From the NCBI GenBank assembly GCA_017472635.1, contig JAFUPU010000027.1:567-64566 (forward strand): a stretch of DNA of 64,000 nucleotides, in the 5' to 3' direction. Below the pieces are notes generated by a model. That model did not search any database and had not been told where the DNA came from. It saw nothing but the letters and a program-made list of their open reading frames with translations. The DNA is from Bacteroidaceae bacterium (lineage in GTDB: Bacteria > Bacteroidota > Bacteroidia > Bacteroidales > Bacteroidaceae). Both the position numbers and the translations under genes were made by a program. Below are positions 50,164-61,316 of this stretch, in pieces (the first letter of the stretch is position 1; each line of letters begins with the position of its first letter).

Positions 50164-50371
50164 TTTCTTTATTATTTAAGTTATTAGTACTAATAAATTC
50201 ACTGCAAATTTAGCAGTTTTGGTTGAGACTACCACATATTTTCGCCATTATTATCTCTATTTATAATCTGTCTAAAGAATTTATATGAATACTATTTGCC
50301 GCACAGAAAAAAATATCACCTAAACAATAACCATAAAGCTCATACGTTATTTCATAAAAGCCGCTTGATGA

Positions 50372-51073
50372 ATGAGACGTTATTTACTTATATTAAATAT
50401 GTTACTCTCTTGTCTATTATTAACAGCTCAAGAGAAGAAATTGCAACATCGCCCATATATAGACCAACGACGATTACACTATGGTTTTTTCATCGGAGTG
50501 CATAGCCAAGATTTGGAATTTGCAAATAATGGCTTTATCACAGAAGAAGGCGAATCATGGTTTGCCGATATTGCCGAATATAGTCCAGGATTCAGTGTCG
50601 GTGTATTGGCAGAGGCATATTTGACTGAAAATCTTGCTTTACGCGTAATACCTTCATTATATTTTGGTCAACGTAATGTCACATTCCACGAGCAAAATAG
50701 CGGAGAGGAATACCGACAAGTAATGAAGTCTACGCTATTAGCACTTCCTATCAACTTAAAGTTCAGTGCACCACGCTTTAACAACTATCGTCCTTTTTTA
50801 GTTGCAGGAGTGAACCCAACCCTTTCGTTAACCAACAAAAACCAACAAGCTTTAAAACTTAAAGCTTTTGATTGTTATCTTGAAATAGGCATGGGATGCG
50901 ACTTTTATCTGCCTTTTTTCAAGCTCATCCCTGAGTTAAAGTTCTGTTTCGCCTTAAGTAACCTTATTGAAAAGAAACGAGATGATTTAATTGACAAATC
51001 TCTCATAAAATTCACCGATTCTATAGAAAAAGCACAAGGCCGCATGATTATGCTCACGTTCTATTTTGAATAA
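50372..51073 (+). CDS. porT: PorT-like outer-membrane beta-barrel protein
   Basis: Signal peptide; RPYIDQRRLHYGF, GCDFYLPFFKLIPELKF, C-terminal FYFE. Confidence 0.75.
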   Translation: MRRYLLILNMLLSCLLLTAQEKKLQHRPYIDQRRLHYGFFIGVHSQDLEFANNGFITEEGESWFADIAEYSPGFSVGVLAEAYLTENLALRVIPSLYFGQRNVTFHEQNSGEEYRQVMKSTLLALPINLKFSAPRFNNYRPFLVAGVNPTLSLTNKNQQALKLKAFDCYLEIGMGCDFYLPFFKLIPELKFCFALSNLIEKKRDDLIDKSLIKFTDSIEKAQGRMIMLTFYFE

Positions 51074-51163
51074 ATTCGCAAAAATCAAAGCCCTATCCCC
51101 CATTAAATAACACACTATATAGAGGGCTAAAATCCATTTTCTTACAAAAAAAGTTCGGTAAGT

Positions 51164-51194
51164 TTTGCTTTCTTCTCAAATATTAGTAACTTTG
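51164..51194 (+). promoter_or_regulatory. -33/-7 promoter of rplS
   Basis: TTTG (51164-51167), 19-nt spacer, TAACTTTG (51187-51194). Confidence 0.7.
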
Positions 51195-51279
51195 CACCCG
51201 CTTTCGCGCAATCGCTGTCAGACAGAAGAGATATATGACATGTTGCGTAGTAACGATCTAACAATTTAATAAAAGGAAT

Positions 51280-51636
51280 ATGGATTTAATTAAAATTGCA
51301 GAAGAAGCATTTGCTACAGGCAAAGAACACCCTCAGTTTAAAGCGGGTGATACAATTACCGTAGCATATCGTATCGTTGAGGGTAACAAAGAGCGTGTTC
51401 AGATGTATCGCGGTGTTGTTATCAAAATTTGCGGTCATGGAGAGAAGAAACGTTTCACCGTACGCAAAATGTCAGGAACTGTAGGTGTAGAGCGTATTTT
51501 CCCCTTAGAGTCACCTGCTATTGACAGCATTACTGTCAACAAGATTGGTAAGGTTCGTAGAGCTAAGCTTTATTATCTCCGCAAACTTACTGGCAAAAAA
51601 GCCAGAATCCAAGAGAAAAGAACCGTTAACGCCTAA
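51280..51636 (+). CDS. rplS: 50S ribosomal protein L19
   Basis: [37 protein letters not shown]. Confidence 0.98.
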   Translation: MDLIKIAEEAFATGKEHPQFKAGDTITVAYRIVEGNKERVQMYRGVVIKICGHGEKKRFTVRKMSGTVGVERIFPLESPAIDSITVNKIGKVRRAKLYYLRKLTGKKARIQEKRTVNA

Positions 51637-51665
51637 GAACATTCAACGGAAATTGGATTTTTACC

Positions 51666-51703
51666 ATATAAAAGAGGAGTGGCATGCCACTCCTCTTTTA
51701 TAT
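51666..51703. terminator. Bidirectional terminator between rplS and folE
   Basis: Perfect 38-bp palindrome ATATAAAAGAGGAGTGGCA|TGCCACTCCTCTTTTATAT. Confidence 0.85.
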
Positions 51704-51724
51704 TATCATCTTCCTCAACATCGA

Positions 51725-52318
51725 TTATATCCCTCGACGCTGAATCAGGTCCATAAATTCTTCACGCGTTTTTGCCTGATTAAAAGCTCCGGTAAAATCA
51801 GATGTTGTTGTAATTGAATTCTGTTTTTCTACTCCACGCATCTGCATACACATATGCTTTGCTTCAATAACGACCATCACTCCTAACGGATTAAGCGTCT
51901 GCTGAATACACTCTTTTATTTGAGTAGTCATACGTTCTTGTACCTGAAGACGATGCGAAAATATATCTACGACACGAGCAATCTTACTTAATCCTGTTAT
52001 ATATCCATTGGGAATATAAGCAACATGCGCCTTTCCATAAAAAGGCAACATATGATGTTCACATAATGAATAGAAATTGATATCTTTTACGATTACCATT
52101 TGGCGATAATCCTCTTTAAATTTTGCTGAATTAAGTACAGCACATGGATCTTGATGGTATCCACGTGTAAGAGTAAGCATAGCCTTAGCTACTCGTTCCG
52201 GAGTCTTAAGCAAACCTTCACGTGCTACATCTTCTCCCAACAATGCCAAAATATGACTATAGTGATACTTTAGTTCTTCAACATTCTGCAATATTTCGTT
52301 TTCTTGTTCTGTCATCAC
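51725..52318 (-). CDS. folE: GTP cyclohydrolase I
   Basis: [45 protein letters not shown]. Confidence 0.97.
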   Translation of the reverse strand: MMTEQENEILQNVEELKYHYSHILALLGEDVAREGLLKTPERVAKAMLTLTRGYHQDPCAVLNSAKFKEDYRQMVIVKDINFYSLCEHHMLPFYGKAHVAYIPNGYITGLSKIARVVDIFSHRLQVQERMTTQIKECIQQTLNPLGVMVVIEAKHMCMQMRGVEKQNSITTTSDFTGAFNQAKTREEFMDLIQRRGI

Positions 52319-52327
52319 CTCAAATTC

Positions 52328-52789
52328 TTATAGTTCTATGAGTGAACGCACGATTGAAAGTTCTTTAAACGCCCCACACTCCTTCAATTCACGCATCACA
52401 GCATCTGCTTCTTCTATAGTTCGATAATCACCTATACGACAAAGCCAACGGGGAGAAACAAAGACCGTATAAACTTGATATTGAGGAAATAGTTCCTTCA
52501 CCTTCTCTCCTACCTGCAAAGCCTCCGTACGAGCACGTTGCGAATTATTACCAGCGTACACCTGCACACGGAACCCTGCAATTTTCTGTGTTTTACGTTC
52601 ACCTGTTTCCTCATCAATATCAAGGGCTGTACCTAACAGATTTCTAATTCGGGAATCTTGATAAATAATCACACTCCCCTCATTGGGGATTGTCATCATC
52701 AAGTGGTCCAATATATGAACTTGCTGTCCCATTAAATATCCTGGCATAAAAAATAGACCAACAACACTCAATATTTTAAGAAGTCTCAT
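52328..52789 (-). CDS. SPOR domain protein
   Basis: Signal peptide; GFRVQVYAG, PRWLCRIGDYRTIEEA. Confidence 0.8.
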   Translation of the reverse strand: MRLLKILSVVGLFFMPGYLMGQQVHILDHLMMTIPNEGSVIIYQDSRIRNLLGTALDIDEETGERKTQKIAGFRVQVYAGNNSQRARTEALQVGEKVKELFPQYQVYTVFVSPRWLCRIGDYRTIEEADAVMRELKECGAFKELSIVRSLIEL

Positions 52790-52825
52790 TTGATATATAG
52801 AGATTTAGAATACACATTTATAGAA

Positions 52826-52860
52826 GGTAAGCTTCCCCTGTAAATACAGAGGAAGCTACC
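52826..52860. terminator. Hairpin downstream of tpiA
   Basis: GGTAAGCTTCCCCTGTA/TACAGAGGAAGCTACC. Confidence 0.5.
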
Positions 52861-52870
52861 CAAAAGTTTA

Positions 52871-53629
52871 TTACACCTTAAAAGCATCTATAATCCCTTT
52901 GAAATCAGACGCTTTCAAAGCAGCCCCACCTATTAAGCCACCATCAACATCGGGGTTAGCAAACAATTCCTTCGCATTAGAAGGCTTGCAACTTCCGCCA
53001 TAAAGTATTGATGTATTATCAGCAACCTCTGCACCATACTTATCAGCCACCAATGAACGGATATAGGCATGAATCTCTTGCGCCTGTTCGGGAGTGGCTG
53101 TTTTTCCTGTCCCAATAGCCCAAACAGGCTCATAAGCCAATATAACCTTAGAAAAATCCTCGGCAGACAAAGAAAATACAGAAGCCAACTGAGCTGCAAC
53201 CACTTCATTCTGCTTATTTGCATCACGTTCTGCTTCTACTTCACCTATACAAAATATTGGCTGAAGATTATTAGCCAAAGCCAATTTGACTTTTTCCTCA
53301 AGTATTTCAACTGTTTCATGATAATAAGCACGACGTTCAGAGTGTCCCAAAATCACATATTGAGCACCTGTTGAAGCAACCATCTCAGCAGAAACTTCGC
53401 CTGTATAAGCTCCTGAAACCTTATCTGCGCAATTCTCTGCACCAAGACCTAACACACTTGCATCAATGATAGAAGCCACAGAAGCAAGATGAATAAACGG
53501 AGTACAAATTACAACATCACAATTGGGCTTTTCTGCCACCAACATTTCATTCAATTCTTTAGCCAGAACAATTCCTTCTTGAAGAGTTTTATTCATCTTC
53601 CAGTTTCCGGCAACAATGTTTTTTCTCAT
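52871..53629 (-). CDS. tpiA: Triosephosphate isomerase
   Basis: [35 protein letters not shown]. Confidence 0.98.
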   Translation of the reverse strand: MRKNIVAGNWKMNKTLQEGIVLAKELNEMLVAEKPNCDVVICTPFIHLASVASIIDASVLGLGAENCADKVSGAYTGEVSAEMVASTGAQYVILGHSERRAYYHETVEILEEKVKLALANNLQPIFCIGEVEAERDANKQNEVVAAQLASVFSLSAEDFSKVILAYEPVWAIGTGKTATPEQAQEIHAYIRSLVADKYGAEVADNTSILYGGSCKPSNAKELFANPDVDGGLIGGAALKASDFKGIIDAFKV

Positions 53630-53684
53630 TTTATTTACTTTTAATCAATTATTATTATAAATTAGTTTTTCCACTACATCTCAA

Positions 53685-55007
53685 TCAAAGCCCTCCCTCT
53701 TCGCCTTTCTCTCTTGCTTTATTATGAAAACGTGTCCAAAGACGACCTATGTGATCAAGTAAAAAGATCAATATCAAAGAACCTACAAACCATAAGACAG
53801 ATATGGTAATCTTACGAATGACGCTGTAAGATTGGACCTCCCCTAAATCTATATTTTGAAGTGGTTCCGTCAACTCAAAATCATCAGGTATAGCCCGACA
53901 ACTCCACTTATTAGCCACAACTCCATTTTTCAACAATATCAACCCTGGGTTACTACGCACCATTGTTTTCAATGTAATATCATCCACATGACAGAATGGA
54001 TATTCTGCTCCTGTCTTATCACACCAAAGTTCTATTTGTGAATTTCCTGAAGCAGTCAAAGCATAAAAAGGATACCCGTATTCCAAACAATAGTCATATA
54101 GGTCGTTCACCAAATCAGCATATCCATCATCAGCACTCTCTAACTGATAAGCGACTAATAAAAAAACATACCCCGTATCTTGTACGACCAATTCTGTCAA
54201 ATCCTCTTCTGTATCGGATAGAGTCATACTGAAATCTTGAATAACAGCTCTCTTATCTTCTCCCTTTACCACCAAACGAGTATCAACCAAACTCCATGTA
54301 GAATCCTCAGGATATTCTTCAGCTGCAAATTCACGACGCACTCCTTCACGTTCCATTATGAAGAATGTCTCAAAAGCAGAATCCTCATCTTCTTCTGGAA
54401 GCTGCATGCTTTCCCTTATATTTGTACCTATCCGGTACGGACGAAAATCAAATACCGGCAAATATAAAAAACAATAATAAGCAAAACAACATATATATAG
54501 CGCAGCATTCCATGAGACCAACCATTCTCCACGTGGAGTAATCCAACGAGAAATTAACTCTCGCCCCCACCACACAGAAATAGAAGCCACCAATAATATT
54601 GCATTTTTAATAAAAGTTTCCCAGTTAGACAATACTACAGCATCTCCAAAACAACCACAATCACTTACCGGATTCTTTAAGGCCAAATAAAGGGTCAATG
54701 GGGTCATTATCAGCATCATTATAAATGAGACGAAAGGGACAATTCGTCTATGAATACCAAACAAAAGATAAACCCCAAGCAAAAACTCTAAAATTGAAAT
54801 AAAAACTCCTAAAAGCAGCAACATATTATCAGAAATATATTCTGACAACCTAAAGGCGTGAGCATAATCCGACAATTTATACATAAAGCCCAACGGGTCA
54901 TTAGCCTTAACGAACCCTGAGAAGATAAATACCCCTGCCAACAACAATCGGCAGAGATTCACCCATACAATCGCAACTATATGTAAAGTCTTACTCTCCA
55001 AAATCAA
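53685..55007 (-). CDS. DoxX/MauE-like membrane protein (BT_3928 family)
   Basis: SGFVKANDPLG, PVSDCGCFGDA, DFRPYRIG, KTMVRSNPG; conserved position next to tpiA. Confidence 0.8.
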   Translation of the reverse strand: MILESKTLHIVAIVWVNLCRLLLAGVFIFSGFVKANDPLGFMYKLSDYAHAFRLSEYISDNMLLLLGVFISILEFLLGVYLLFGIHRRIVPFVSFIMMLIMTPLTLYLALKNPVSDCGCFGDAVVLSNWETFIKNAILLVASISVWWGRELISRWITPRGEWLVSWNAALYICCFAYYCFLYLPVFDFRPYRIGTNIRESMQLPEEDEDSAFETFFIMEREGVRREFAAEEYPEDSTWSLVDTRLVVKGEDKRAVIQDFSMTLSDTEEDLTELVVQDTGYVFLLVAYQLESADDGYADLVNDLYDYCLEYGYPFYALTASGNSQIELWCDKTGAEYPFCHVDDITLKTMVRSNPGLILLKNGVVANKWSCRAIPDDFELTEPLQNIDLGEVQSYSVIRKITISVLWFVGSLILIFLLDHIGRLWTRFHNKAREKGEEGGL

Positions 55008-55539
55008 GTTTTATCAATCCGAATACGGCATAATTTATCATATCCATATAGTTTGCATCAATTCCTTCAGAGACTAATGTTTCTCCCGATAAAGATTCTA
55101 TTTGCTTTGTACGATAAATCTTCATCAATATCAAATCGGTATAAGAACTGATACGCATACTACGCCAAGCCTCATCATAATCATGATTCTTTATTTTCAT
55201 CAATTGCAATGCCTTTTGCGCATATTTATCGTACAATTCCAATGCTTGTTCAGAAGACATATCATCTCTATCCGAATATCCTAATTCCAATTGGATAAGA
55301 CCAATAATTCCATAATTCACGATAGCTACAAACTCGGGGCGAATCCCTTCACCGACCAAACTAACGCCTTTTATTTCCAAACTGCGGATTCGATTTGCCT
55401 TAATCAATATCTGATCTGTCACTGAAACCGGACGCATTATACGCCATGCTGCACCATAATCATGCAATTTTTTGGAGAACAGTTCACGGCAACACCCCAT
55501 AACCTGTTCAAATTGTTTATTTGTATCCATACTTTCCAT
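54991..55539 (-). CDS. DUF1599 domain protein
   Basis: Duplicated KKLHDYGAAWR / KNHDYDEAWR; DMINYAVF. Confidence 0.82.
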   Translation of the reverse strand: MESMDTNKQFEQVMGCCRELFSKKLHDYGAAWRIMRPVSVTDQILIKANRIRSLEIKGVSLVGEGIRPEFVAIVNYGIIGLIQLELGYSDRDDMSSEQALELYDKYAQKALQLMKIKNHDYDEAWRSMRISSYTDLILMKIYRTKQIESLSGETLVSEGIDANYMDMINYAVFGLIKLDFGE

Positions 55540-55589
55540 CTAAACTACAAGAAATTTATAGTTCATATCAACAAAACCCATATTATTGA

Positions 55590-56474
55590 TTAAGAATACC
55601 GAATCAATTGACCTATACGTAATATTGTCTTACGTCCAATATTGTTTAGTCTACACAAACGATCAATGGAAACGCCATGTCGTTTGGAGATTTTAGACAA
55701 TGTATCACCCGAACGGACCTTGTGGTAACGCACTTCACCATCCTCTGCAACACCAGCTAGAGCTACACCTGAAGCACGATTTGAACGTGATGAACGAAAC
55801 AAATAGCTATCTCCTGTAACATCTTGATTCGGAAAATCGAACAAGAGATCTGGACGAATCACTTGTCCTAAAAAACGCGTTTCGAAATGGAGATGTGAAC
55901 CTGTTGAACGACCGGTATTACCTCCAAGTCCGATTGGTTCTCCTGACTTAACAGATTGATTCTCTACAACCAAGTGTTTAGACAGATGCCCATAGATTGT
56001 TTCTAATCCATTATCATGGCGAATTACGATATACTTTCCATACCCCCTGCGTTCGTAATCAACCACACGTATTTTCCCATCAAATGCTGCATAAATAGTA
56101 TCTCCTGTATATACTTTCACATCAATCCCTTTATGCATACGACGCGAACGACGACGATATCCATAATTAGAAGTTACTTTCCGACTCGGAGAAGGCATTG
56201 TAAAGCCAGTCAAATCTATACGAAATGAATCTGGAATTGTTATTCCATCATATATATGAACCCGTTCATTATTCCAACTATTATTATATAGCGAATAGGC
56301 CGGATACAACGATTGTTCCGTCACAATCTGTTGCTGTAATGCAACCGAGTCTATCAGCCTCATTTTTCGTTCGATAGGAGCTTGATGCGCCATTAAGTCT
56401 TGCCCATTAGCAACATTTGCCCCCAACATAGAGAAAGCGACAACGACTAAGCACCTTAAACCTTTCAGAATCAT
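55590..56474 (-). CDS. M23 family metallopeptidase with a C-terminal LysM domain
   Basis: HKGID, YGHL, TGRSTGSHLHFE; HKVRSGDTLSKIS; start M26 of the ORF chosen to avoid overlap with ndk. Confidence 0.9.
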   Translation of the reverse strand: MILKGLRCLVVVAFSMLGANVANGQDLMAHQAPIERKMRLIDSVALQQQIVTEQSLYPAYSLYNNSWNNERVHIYDGITIPDSFRIDLTGFTMPSPSRKVTSNYGYRRRSRRMHKGIDVKVYTGDTIYAAFDGKIRVVDYERRGYGKYIVIRHDNGLETIYGHLSKHLVVENQSVKSGEPIGLGGNTGRSTGSHLHFETRFLGQVIRPDLLFDFPNQDVTGDSYLFRSSRSNRASGVALAGVAEDGEVRYHKVRSGDTLSKISKRHGVSIDRLCRLNNIGRKTILRIGQLIRYS

Positions 56475-56496
56475 ATTTCCTAATGTTTTTATCTTA

Positions 56497-56958
56497 CTAA
56501 ATTTCATCATTTGCATAAAAAAACGGAGCCGCAATAGGTTCCCAAGCACATATTTCTTTAGGATTAAAGAAACGTGCCAATTCTATTTGAGCATTCTCTA
56601 CCGAATCAGAAGCATGAACCACATTTTCCTGCGAACTCATACTATAGTCACCACGAATAGTTCCAGGCAATGCATTTCGCCCATTAGTCGCACCGACCAA
56701 GGAGCGCACGACTTCCACTGCATTCACTCCCTCATAACAACATACAATTACAGGAGTTGCCATCATAGAATCTTTGACTTGCTGAAAAAAAGACCGACCA
56801 CTAAGATGAGCATAATGTTCATCTAGTAATTCATCTGTCAACTGCATCATTTTCAGTCCTGTCAAATGCAGACCTTTCTGCTCAAATCTTTTAAGAATTT
56901 CCCCAACTAAACCACGTTGTAACGTACATGGTTTTAAGATAACTAAAGTTCTCTCCAT
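56497..56958 (-). CDS. ndk: Nucleoside diphosphate kinase
   Basis: ERTLVILKP, PGTIRGDY, ENVVHASDS; -7 element TATCTTTG at 57005-57012. Confidence 0.96.
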   Translation of the reverse strand: MERTLVILKPCTLQRGLVGEILKRFEQKGLHLTGLKMMQLTDELLDEHYAHLSGRSFFQQVKDSMMATPVIVCCYEGVNAVEVVRSLVGATNGRNALPGTIRGDYSMSSQENVVHASDSVENAQIELARFFNPKEICAWEPIAAPFFYANDEI

Positions 56959-57111
56959 TACTTACGAGTACCGTCTTTTACAAATGCTCAAACAAAAATT
57001 TCCCCAAAGATAGTTTTTTTCACGCAAAAAACAGATAGACGTTAACATCTTTTTTAGAAGAAACGCTATAAAAGTTCTTCATAAGAAGAAAAAAAACAAG
57101 ATTTATTGTCT

Positions 57112-59208
57112 TTAAGATATAGCAGACCAATCTACATGGCTTTTACGAAGTCCTCTTAACTGTCTCCATAAAAGCATGTTTTGCGGCAAATTCCCCTCAG
57201 GATCTGCATCTACAATTTCGCGGGCAATTTCCCTTACATATTGTAACAACTGAGCATCACGAGTTATATTTGCAATCTTCAAGTCAAAAGCGATTCCACT
57301 TTGCTGTGTTCCTTCCAAATCTCCAGGTCCGCGCAACTTCAAATCTGCTTCAGCAATTTCAAATCCATCATTGGTTTGCACCATTATATCAACACGCTTA
57401 CGGGTCTCCTCACTAATTTTATATCCTGTAACAAGGATACAATACGATTGATCAGCTCCTCGTCCTACCCGCCCACGCAACTGATGCAACTGAGATAAGC
57501 CAAATCGTTCTGCATTTTCAATGACCATTACCGTCGCATTAGGTACATTTACCCCGACTTCTATCACTGTTGTAGCCACCATTATCTGGGTCTCTCCCAC
57601 GACAAAACGCTGCATTTCAAGTTCTTTCTCTGCAGGTTTCATCTGACCATGAATCTTGCTAACCCCACACTCTGGGAATGTCTCGCAAACAACCTGATAC
57701 CCATCTTCTAGGTTCTTTAAATCAATCCGTTCACTCTCCTTTATCAATGGATATACAATATAAACTTGACGTCCTTCTTTTATCTGTTTCCGAATATTTG
57801 CATAAAGTTCTGTTCGTCTATTGTCAAACTGGTGTATTGTACGTACCGGTTTACGTCCTGGAGGCAATTCATCAATAACAGAGACATCCAAATCGCCATA
57901 AAGAGTCATAGCCAACGTACGTGGGATAGGGGTAGCAGTCATTACTAACACATGAGGAGGCGACACGTTTTTTTTCCACAATTTAGCTCGTTGCGCCACT
58001 CCAAACCGGTGCTGTTCATCAATTACAACCATCCCCAACTTCGAAAACGATACCGTATCTTCCAGCACAGCATGGGTTCCTATTAAAATTTGCACATCAC
58101 CAGACAAAATCTCCGCCAAAATCTTTTCTCTTCGTTTGCCTTTAATACTTCCGGTCAACAATTCCACCCGAACATTCATCCCCATAAGCAACCGAGAGAT
58201 TGTATCGTAATGCTGCCCTGCAAGAATCTCTGTCGGAGCCATCAAACATGTTTGATATCCATTATCCAAAGCTATCAGCATGGACATTAATGCAACTAAC
58301 GTTTTTCCGCTTCCAACATCACCCTGCAACAAACGATTCATTTGGCTACCGCCCCCCATATCCTTACGAATTTCCTTTATAACCCGTTTCTGAGCGGTTG
58401 TCAATTCAAAAGGCAAGTTTCTTTTATAGAAAGTATTAAAAAAATCCCCTATCCGACCAAAAACAAACCCCTGGTAACGCAACTGCCGCTCACGCATATA
58501 ACGCAAGATATTAAGTTGCACATAAAATAACTCTTCAAACTTCAAACGATATTCAGCACGACGAAGGGCTTCTGGATTTTTAGGAAAATGTACATTCTGT
58601 AAAGCCTCTGTCAAAGACATCAGATGATGCCGTTCTATCATATATTGGGGCAACGTCTCAGGCAAAGGCTCTTTCAACAACGACAACAGATTAGAAACAA
58701 GTTTTTCAATTGCTTGTGAATTCAAATTTGCATGTTTCATCTTATCCGTTGTATTATAATACGGCCTTAAACCCAAATCAGACAAATTAAGACCCTCAGA
58801 CGAATCTATATCCGGATGAGCAATATTTATCCTTCCCCCAAAGAGTGTAGGCTTACCAAAAACTATATATTCTGTACGAACCTTGTACTTTTTAATAACA
58901 TATTTCTGCCCTTGAAACCAAACCAAATCCACAACGCCTGTTCCATCGGAAAAATGTGCAACTAACCGGCTACGATACCCATTACCCACCTCTTCAAAAC
59001 TCAATATTTGCCCACGTAATTGAATATAAGGCATATTCCCGTCAATTTCGTGTACATAATAGAGTCGACTCCTATCTATATATTTATAGGGGAAATAATA
59101 CAGCAAATCATGGAAAGAACAAATGTTCAATTCCTTATTCAAGAGTGCAGCCCGTTGAGGTCCCACTCCGGCTAAATACTTTATATCTCTTGCTGTAAAC
59201 TCACTCAT
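57112..59208 (-). CDS. recG: ATP-dependent DNA helicase RecG
   Basis: QGDVGSGKT, IDEQHRFGV, MTATPIPRT, HQLRGRVGRG, DLKLRGPG. Confidence 0.97.
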   Translation of the reverse strand: MSEFTARDIKYLAGVGPQRAALLNKELNICSFHDLLYYFPYKYIDRSRLYYVHEIDGNMPYIQLRGQILSFEEVGNGYRSRLVAHFSDGTGVVDLVWFQGQKYVIKKYKVRTEYIVFGKPTLFGGRINIAHPDIDSSEGLNLSDLGLRPYYNTTDKMKHANLNSQAIEKLVSNLLSLLKEPLPETLPQYMIERHHLMSLTEALQNVHFPKNPEALRRAEYRLKFEELFYVQLNILRYMRERQLRYQGFVFGRIGDFFNTFYKRNLPFELTTAQKRVIKEIRKDMGGGSQMNRLLQGDVGSGKTLVALMSMLIALDNGYQTCLMAPTEILAGQHYDTISRLLMGMNVRVELLTGSIKGKRREKILAEILSGDVQILIGTHAVLEDTVSFSKLGMVVIDEQHRFGVAQRAKLWKKNVSPPHVLVMTATPIPRTLAMTLYGDLDVSVIDELPPGRKPVRTIHQFDNRRTELYANIRKQIKEGRQVYIVYPLIKESERIDLKNLEDGYQVVCETFPECGVSKIHGQMKPAEKELEMQRFVVGETQIMVATTVIEVGVNVPNATVMVIENAERFGLSQLHQLRGRVGRGADQSYCILVTGYKISEETRKRVDIMVQTNDGFEIAEADLKLRGPGDLEGTQQSGIAFDLKIANITRDAQLLQYVREIAREIVDADPEGNLPQNMLLWRQLRGLRKSHVDWSAIS

Positions 59209-59876
59209 TAAAGTAAAACGTTTGCAACCTTCAAATCAAAAGGAGTCGTAATTTTGATATTTTCCCGATTGCCTGGAACCAGTGTAACATGCTCTCCCAA
59301 TGCCTCTACAACCGAAGCATCATCGGTAAACCCACTCGAATAGGGCTGTTGATAGGCTCTTTTCAGCAACAACCCTGAAAACACTTGAGGAGTTTGCACC
59401 AAACAAAATTTATCTCTATCAACCGTATATGAAATCTCGTCTGATATTTGACGAATAGTCTCTATCATTGGAACGACAGGCACAACCGCCTTCACCTTTT
59501 CAGCCATGTCAAAACATTCACCAATAACACTCTTCGACACAAAAGGGCGTACTCCATCATGAACCGCCACTAAACTATTTTCAAGCGAAGATACTAGTTC
59601 CAATCCATTACGCACCGAATGGAAACGGGTCTCTCCCCCATTTGCCAATTTATAAGGAATATCAAATTTGTATTCCTTACACAACTCAAGCCAGTAGCCC
59701 TGCTGCGACATAGGCAACACCAATATCAAATGAATACATGAATCATATAAATAAAATTGCTTCATTGTATGCATCAATACAGGCATTCCCCCTATCGGAA
59801 TAAACTGCTTAGGTATATCTCCTCCCATACGCAGTCCTTTTCCTCCCGCTACAATTATTGCATATCTTTTCGTCAT
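59208..59876 (-). CDS. ispD: 2-C-methyl-D-erythritol 4-phosphate cytidylyltransferase
   Basis: [46 protein letters not shown]. Confidence 0.93.
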   Translation of the reverse strand: MTKRYAIIVAGGKGLRMGGDIPKQFIPIGGMPVLMHTMKQFYLYDSCIHLILVLPMSQQGYWLELCKEYKFDIPYKLANGGETRFHSVRNGLELVSSLENSLVAVHDGVRPFVSKSVIGECFDMAEKVKAVVPVVPMIETIRQISDEISYTVDRDKFCLVQTPQVFSGLLLKRAYQQPYSSGFTDDASVVEALGEHVTLVPGNRENIKITTPFDLKVANVLL

Positions 59877-60424
59877 TTCTGAAACAGCATTCCTGCTTTC
59901 ACGTCATTTACGTTCTCGGTTCCAACCAGCATCTCTGCTATCGTATATGCAAAATCCCACACAGCAGCGGGTCCCTTAGCCGTAACGATATTACCTGCAC
60001 ATTCAACCATAGCGCCCGTATAGGTCGCATTCTTCAAATGCGCTTCAAATCCTGGGTAACATGTAGCTTTTTTCCCTTCTAACAGCCCTAATTCACCAAA
60101 TACCATAGGAGCAGCACAAATTGCAGCCAAAACAATGTTTTCCTTATTTTTCTCATTCAATAAAGAACAAAGCCCTACATGATTACCCAAATTAGCGGCA
60201 CCAGGCATACCACCAGGTAACACAAGCATTGAAGCGTCAGAAAAAGAACACTCATCAAACATCGCATCTGCTTGTACAGACACTCCATGGGCACCTGACA
60301 CTGTTTTACTTCCCATTACAGATACCATCACAACCCGTACTCCCGCTCTGCGTAAAATATCTACTGTTGCCAAAGCTTCAATCTCCTCAAAGCCGTCGGC
60401 AAGAAACAAATAAACGTTTTTCAT
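59873..60424 (-). CDS. DJ-1/ThiJ/PfpI family protein (YajL-like)
   Basis: [30 protein letters not shown]. Confidence 0.92.
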   Translation of the reverse strand: MKNVYLFLADGFEEIEALATVDILRRAGVRVVMVSVMGSKTVSGAHGVSVQADAMFDECSFSDASMLVLPGGMPGAANLGNHVGLCSLLNEKNKENIVLAAICAAPMVFGELGLLEGKKATCYPGFEAHLKNATYTGAMVECAGNIVTAKGPAAVWDFAYTIAEMLVGTENVNDVKAGMLFQK

Positions 60425-60434
60425 TCTAACTCTC

Positions 60435-61295
60435 TTATTTTAATTTGAAATAATAAGTAATTGTACCATCTTGAGTCTGTTTTCCTGAGATTGCATTAAA
60501 CCGAGCCTTACGAGCGGCCTCTTCAGCAGCCTTACGCAACGTAGGATTAGCCGTATTAGTACCCCGATTAATAGAGGTTGCAATAACTTTCCCTTCAGGG
60601 TTAACTCTAATTGTCACGACCACTTTTCCCTCTACTTGCACATCATACTGAGGTTTAGGTAATCCACTTTTTCCCAACGAACGTCCATTCAACTCAAAAG
60701 ACCCATATCCCCCTTCTCCTGAGTATTTTCCTGTATCAGAGTTTCCTGTTGAAGAGCCCTGGTTACCAATACCAGAATCAGCATTTCCTCTGCTCTTCTC
60801 CATTGTACTACCTTTTCCAAAAGCTCCTGCAACACTTTTTGCAGCACGCTCAGCAGCAGCACGTTCTTCTGCCAACCGTTTTTCAACTTCCAATTCTTCT
60901 GCCGTTGGCTGATTTTGTTTTTGTTCCGCTACAACTTTTTTTATCTCATTCCTCTGCTTCTCAGATTTCTCTACAACCTTTTGCTCTTTTTTTTGAGAGT
61001 CTAAAACCACACTCTCCTCATCCTCCTGAGTTATTAGTTCTGGTATTTCACTCGCTTCAGTAGTTTCAATAGGAGCTGTAACATCCTTTGGTTCCGTAAG
61101 GATATCCACATCTGTCAATTCATAAGCGCCCCCATCTTGACTTTGCATATCAGTCCCCAAGACAACGGGGACTCCACTCTCACCCGTTTTTTCAGTAGCA
61201 CGTATAAAGACGAGCCATAGAAGCAAAAATAAAAAGACGTGTACGGTGAGAGCACCTAACAAACCAACCATCTGATGTTTACGGTTCTTGTTCAT
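60435..61295 (-). CDS. TonB/TolA-like energy transducer
   Basis: Single N-terminal TM, charged linker, C-terminal TonB domain (GKVVVTIRVNPEGKV...GTITYYF); in an operon with exbBD. Confidence 0.85.
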   Translation of the reverse strand: MNKNRKHQMVGLLGALTVHVFLFLLLWLVFIRATEKTGESGVPVVLGTDMQSQDGGAYELTDVDILTEPKDVTAPIETTEASEIPELITQEDEESVVLDSQKKEQKVVEKSEKQRNEIKKVVAEQKQNQPTAEELEVEKRLAEERAAAERAAKSVAGAFGKGSTMEKSRGNADSGIGNQGSSTGNSDTGKYSGEGGYGSFELNGRSLGKSGLPKPQYDVQVEGKVVVTIRVNPEGKVIATSINRGTNTANPTLRKAAEEAARKARFNAISGKQTQDGTITYYFKLK

Positions 61296-61316
61296 TTCAT
61301 ACGTTTTTTATCACAC

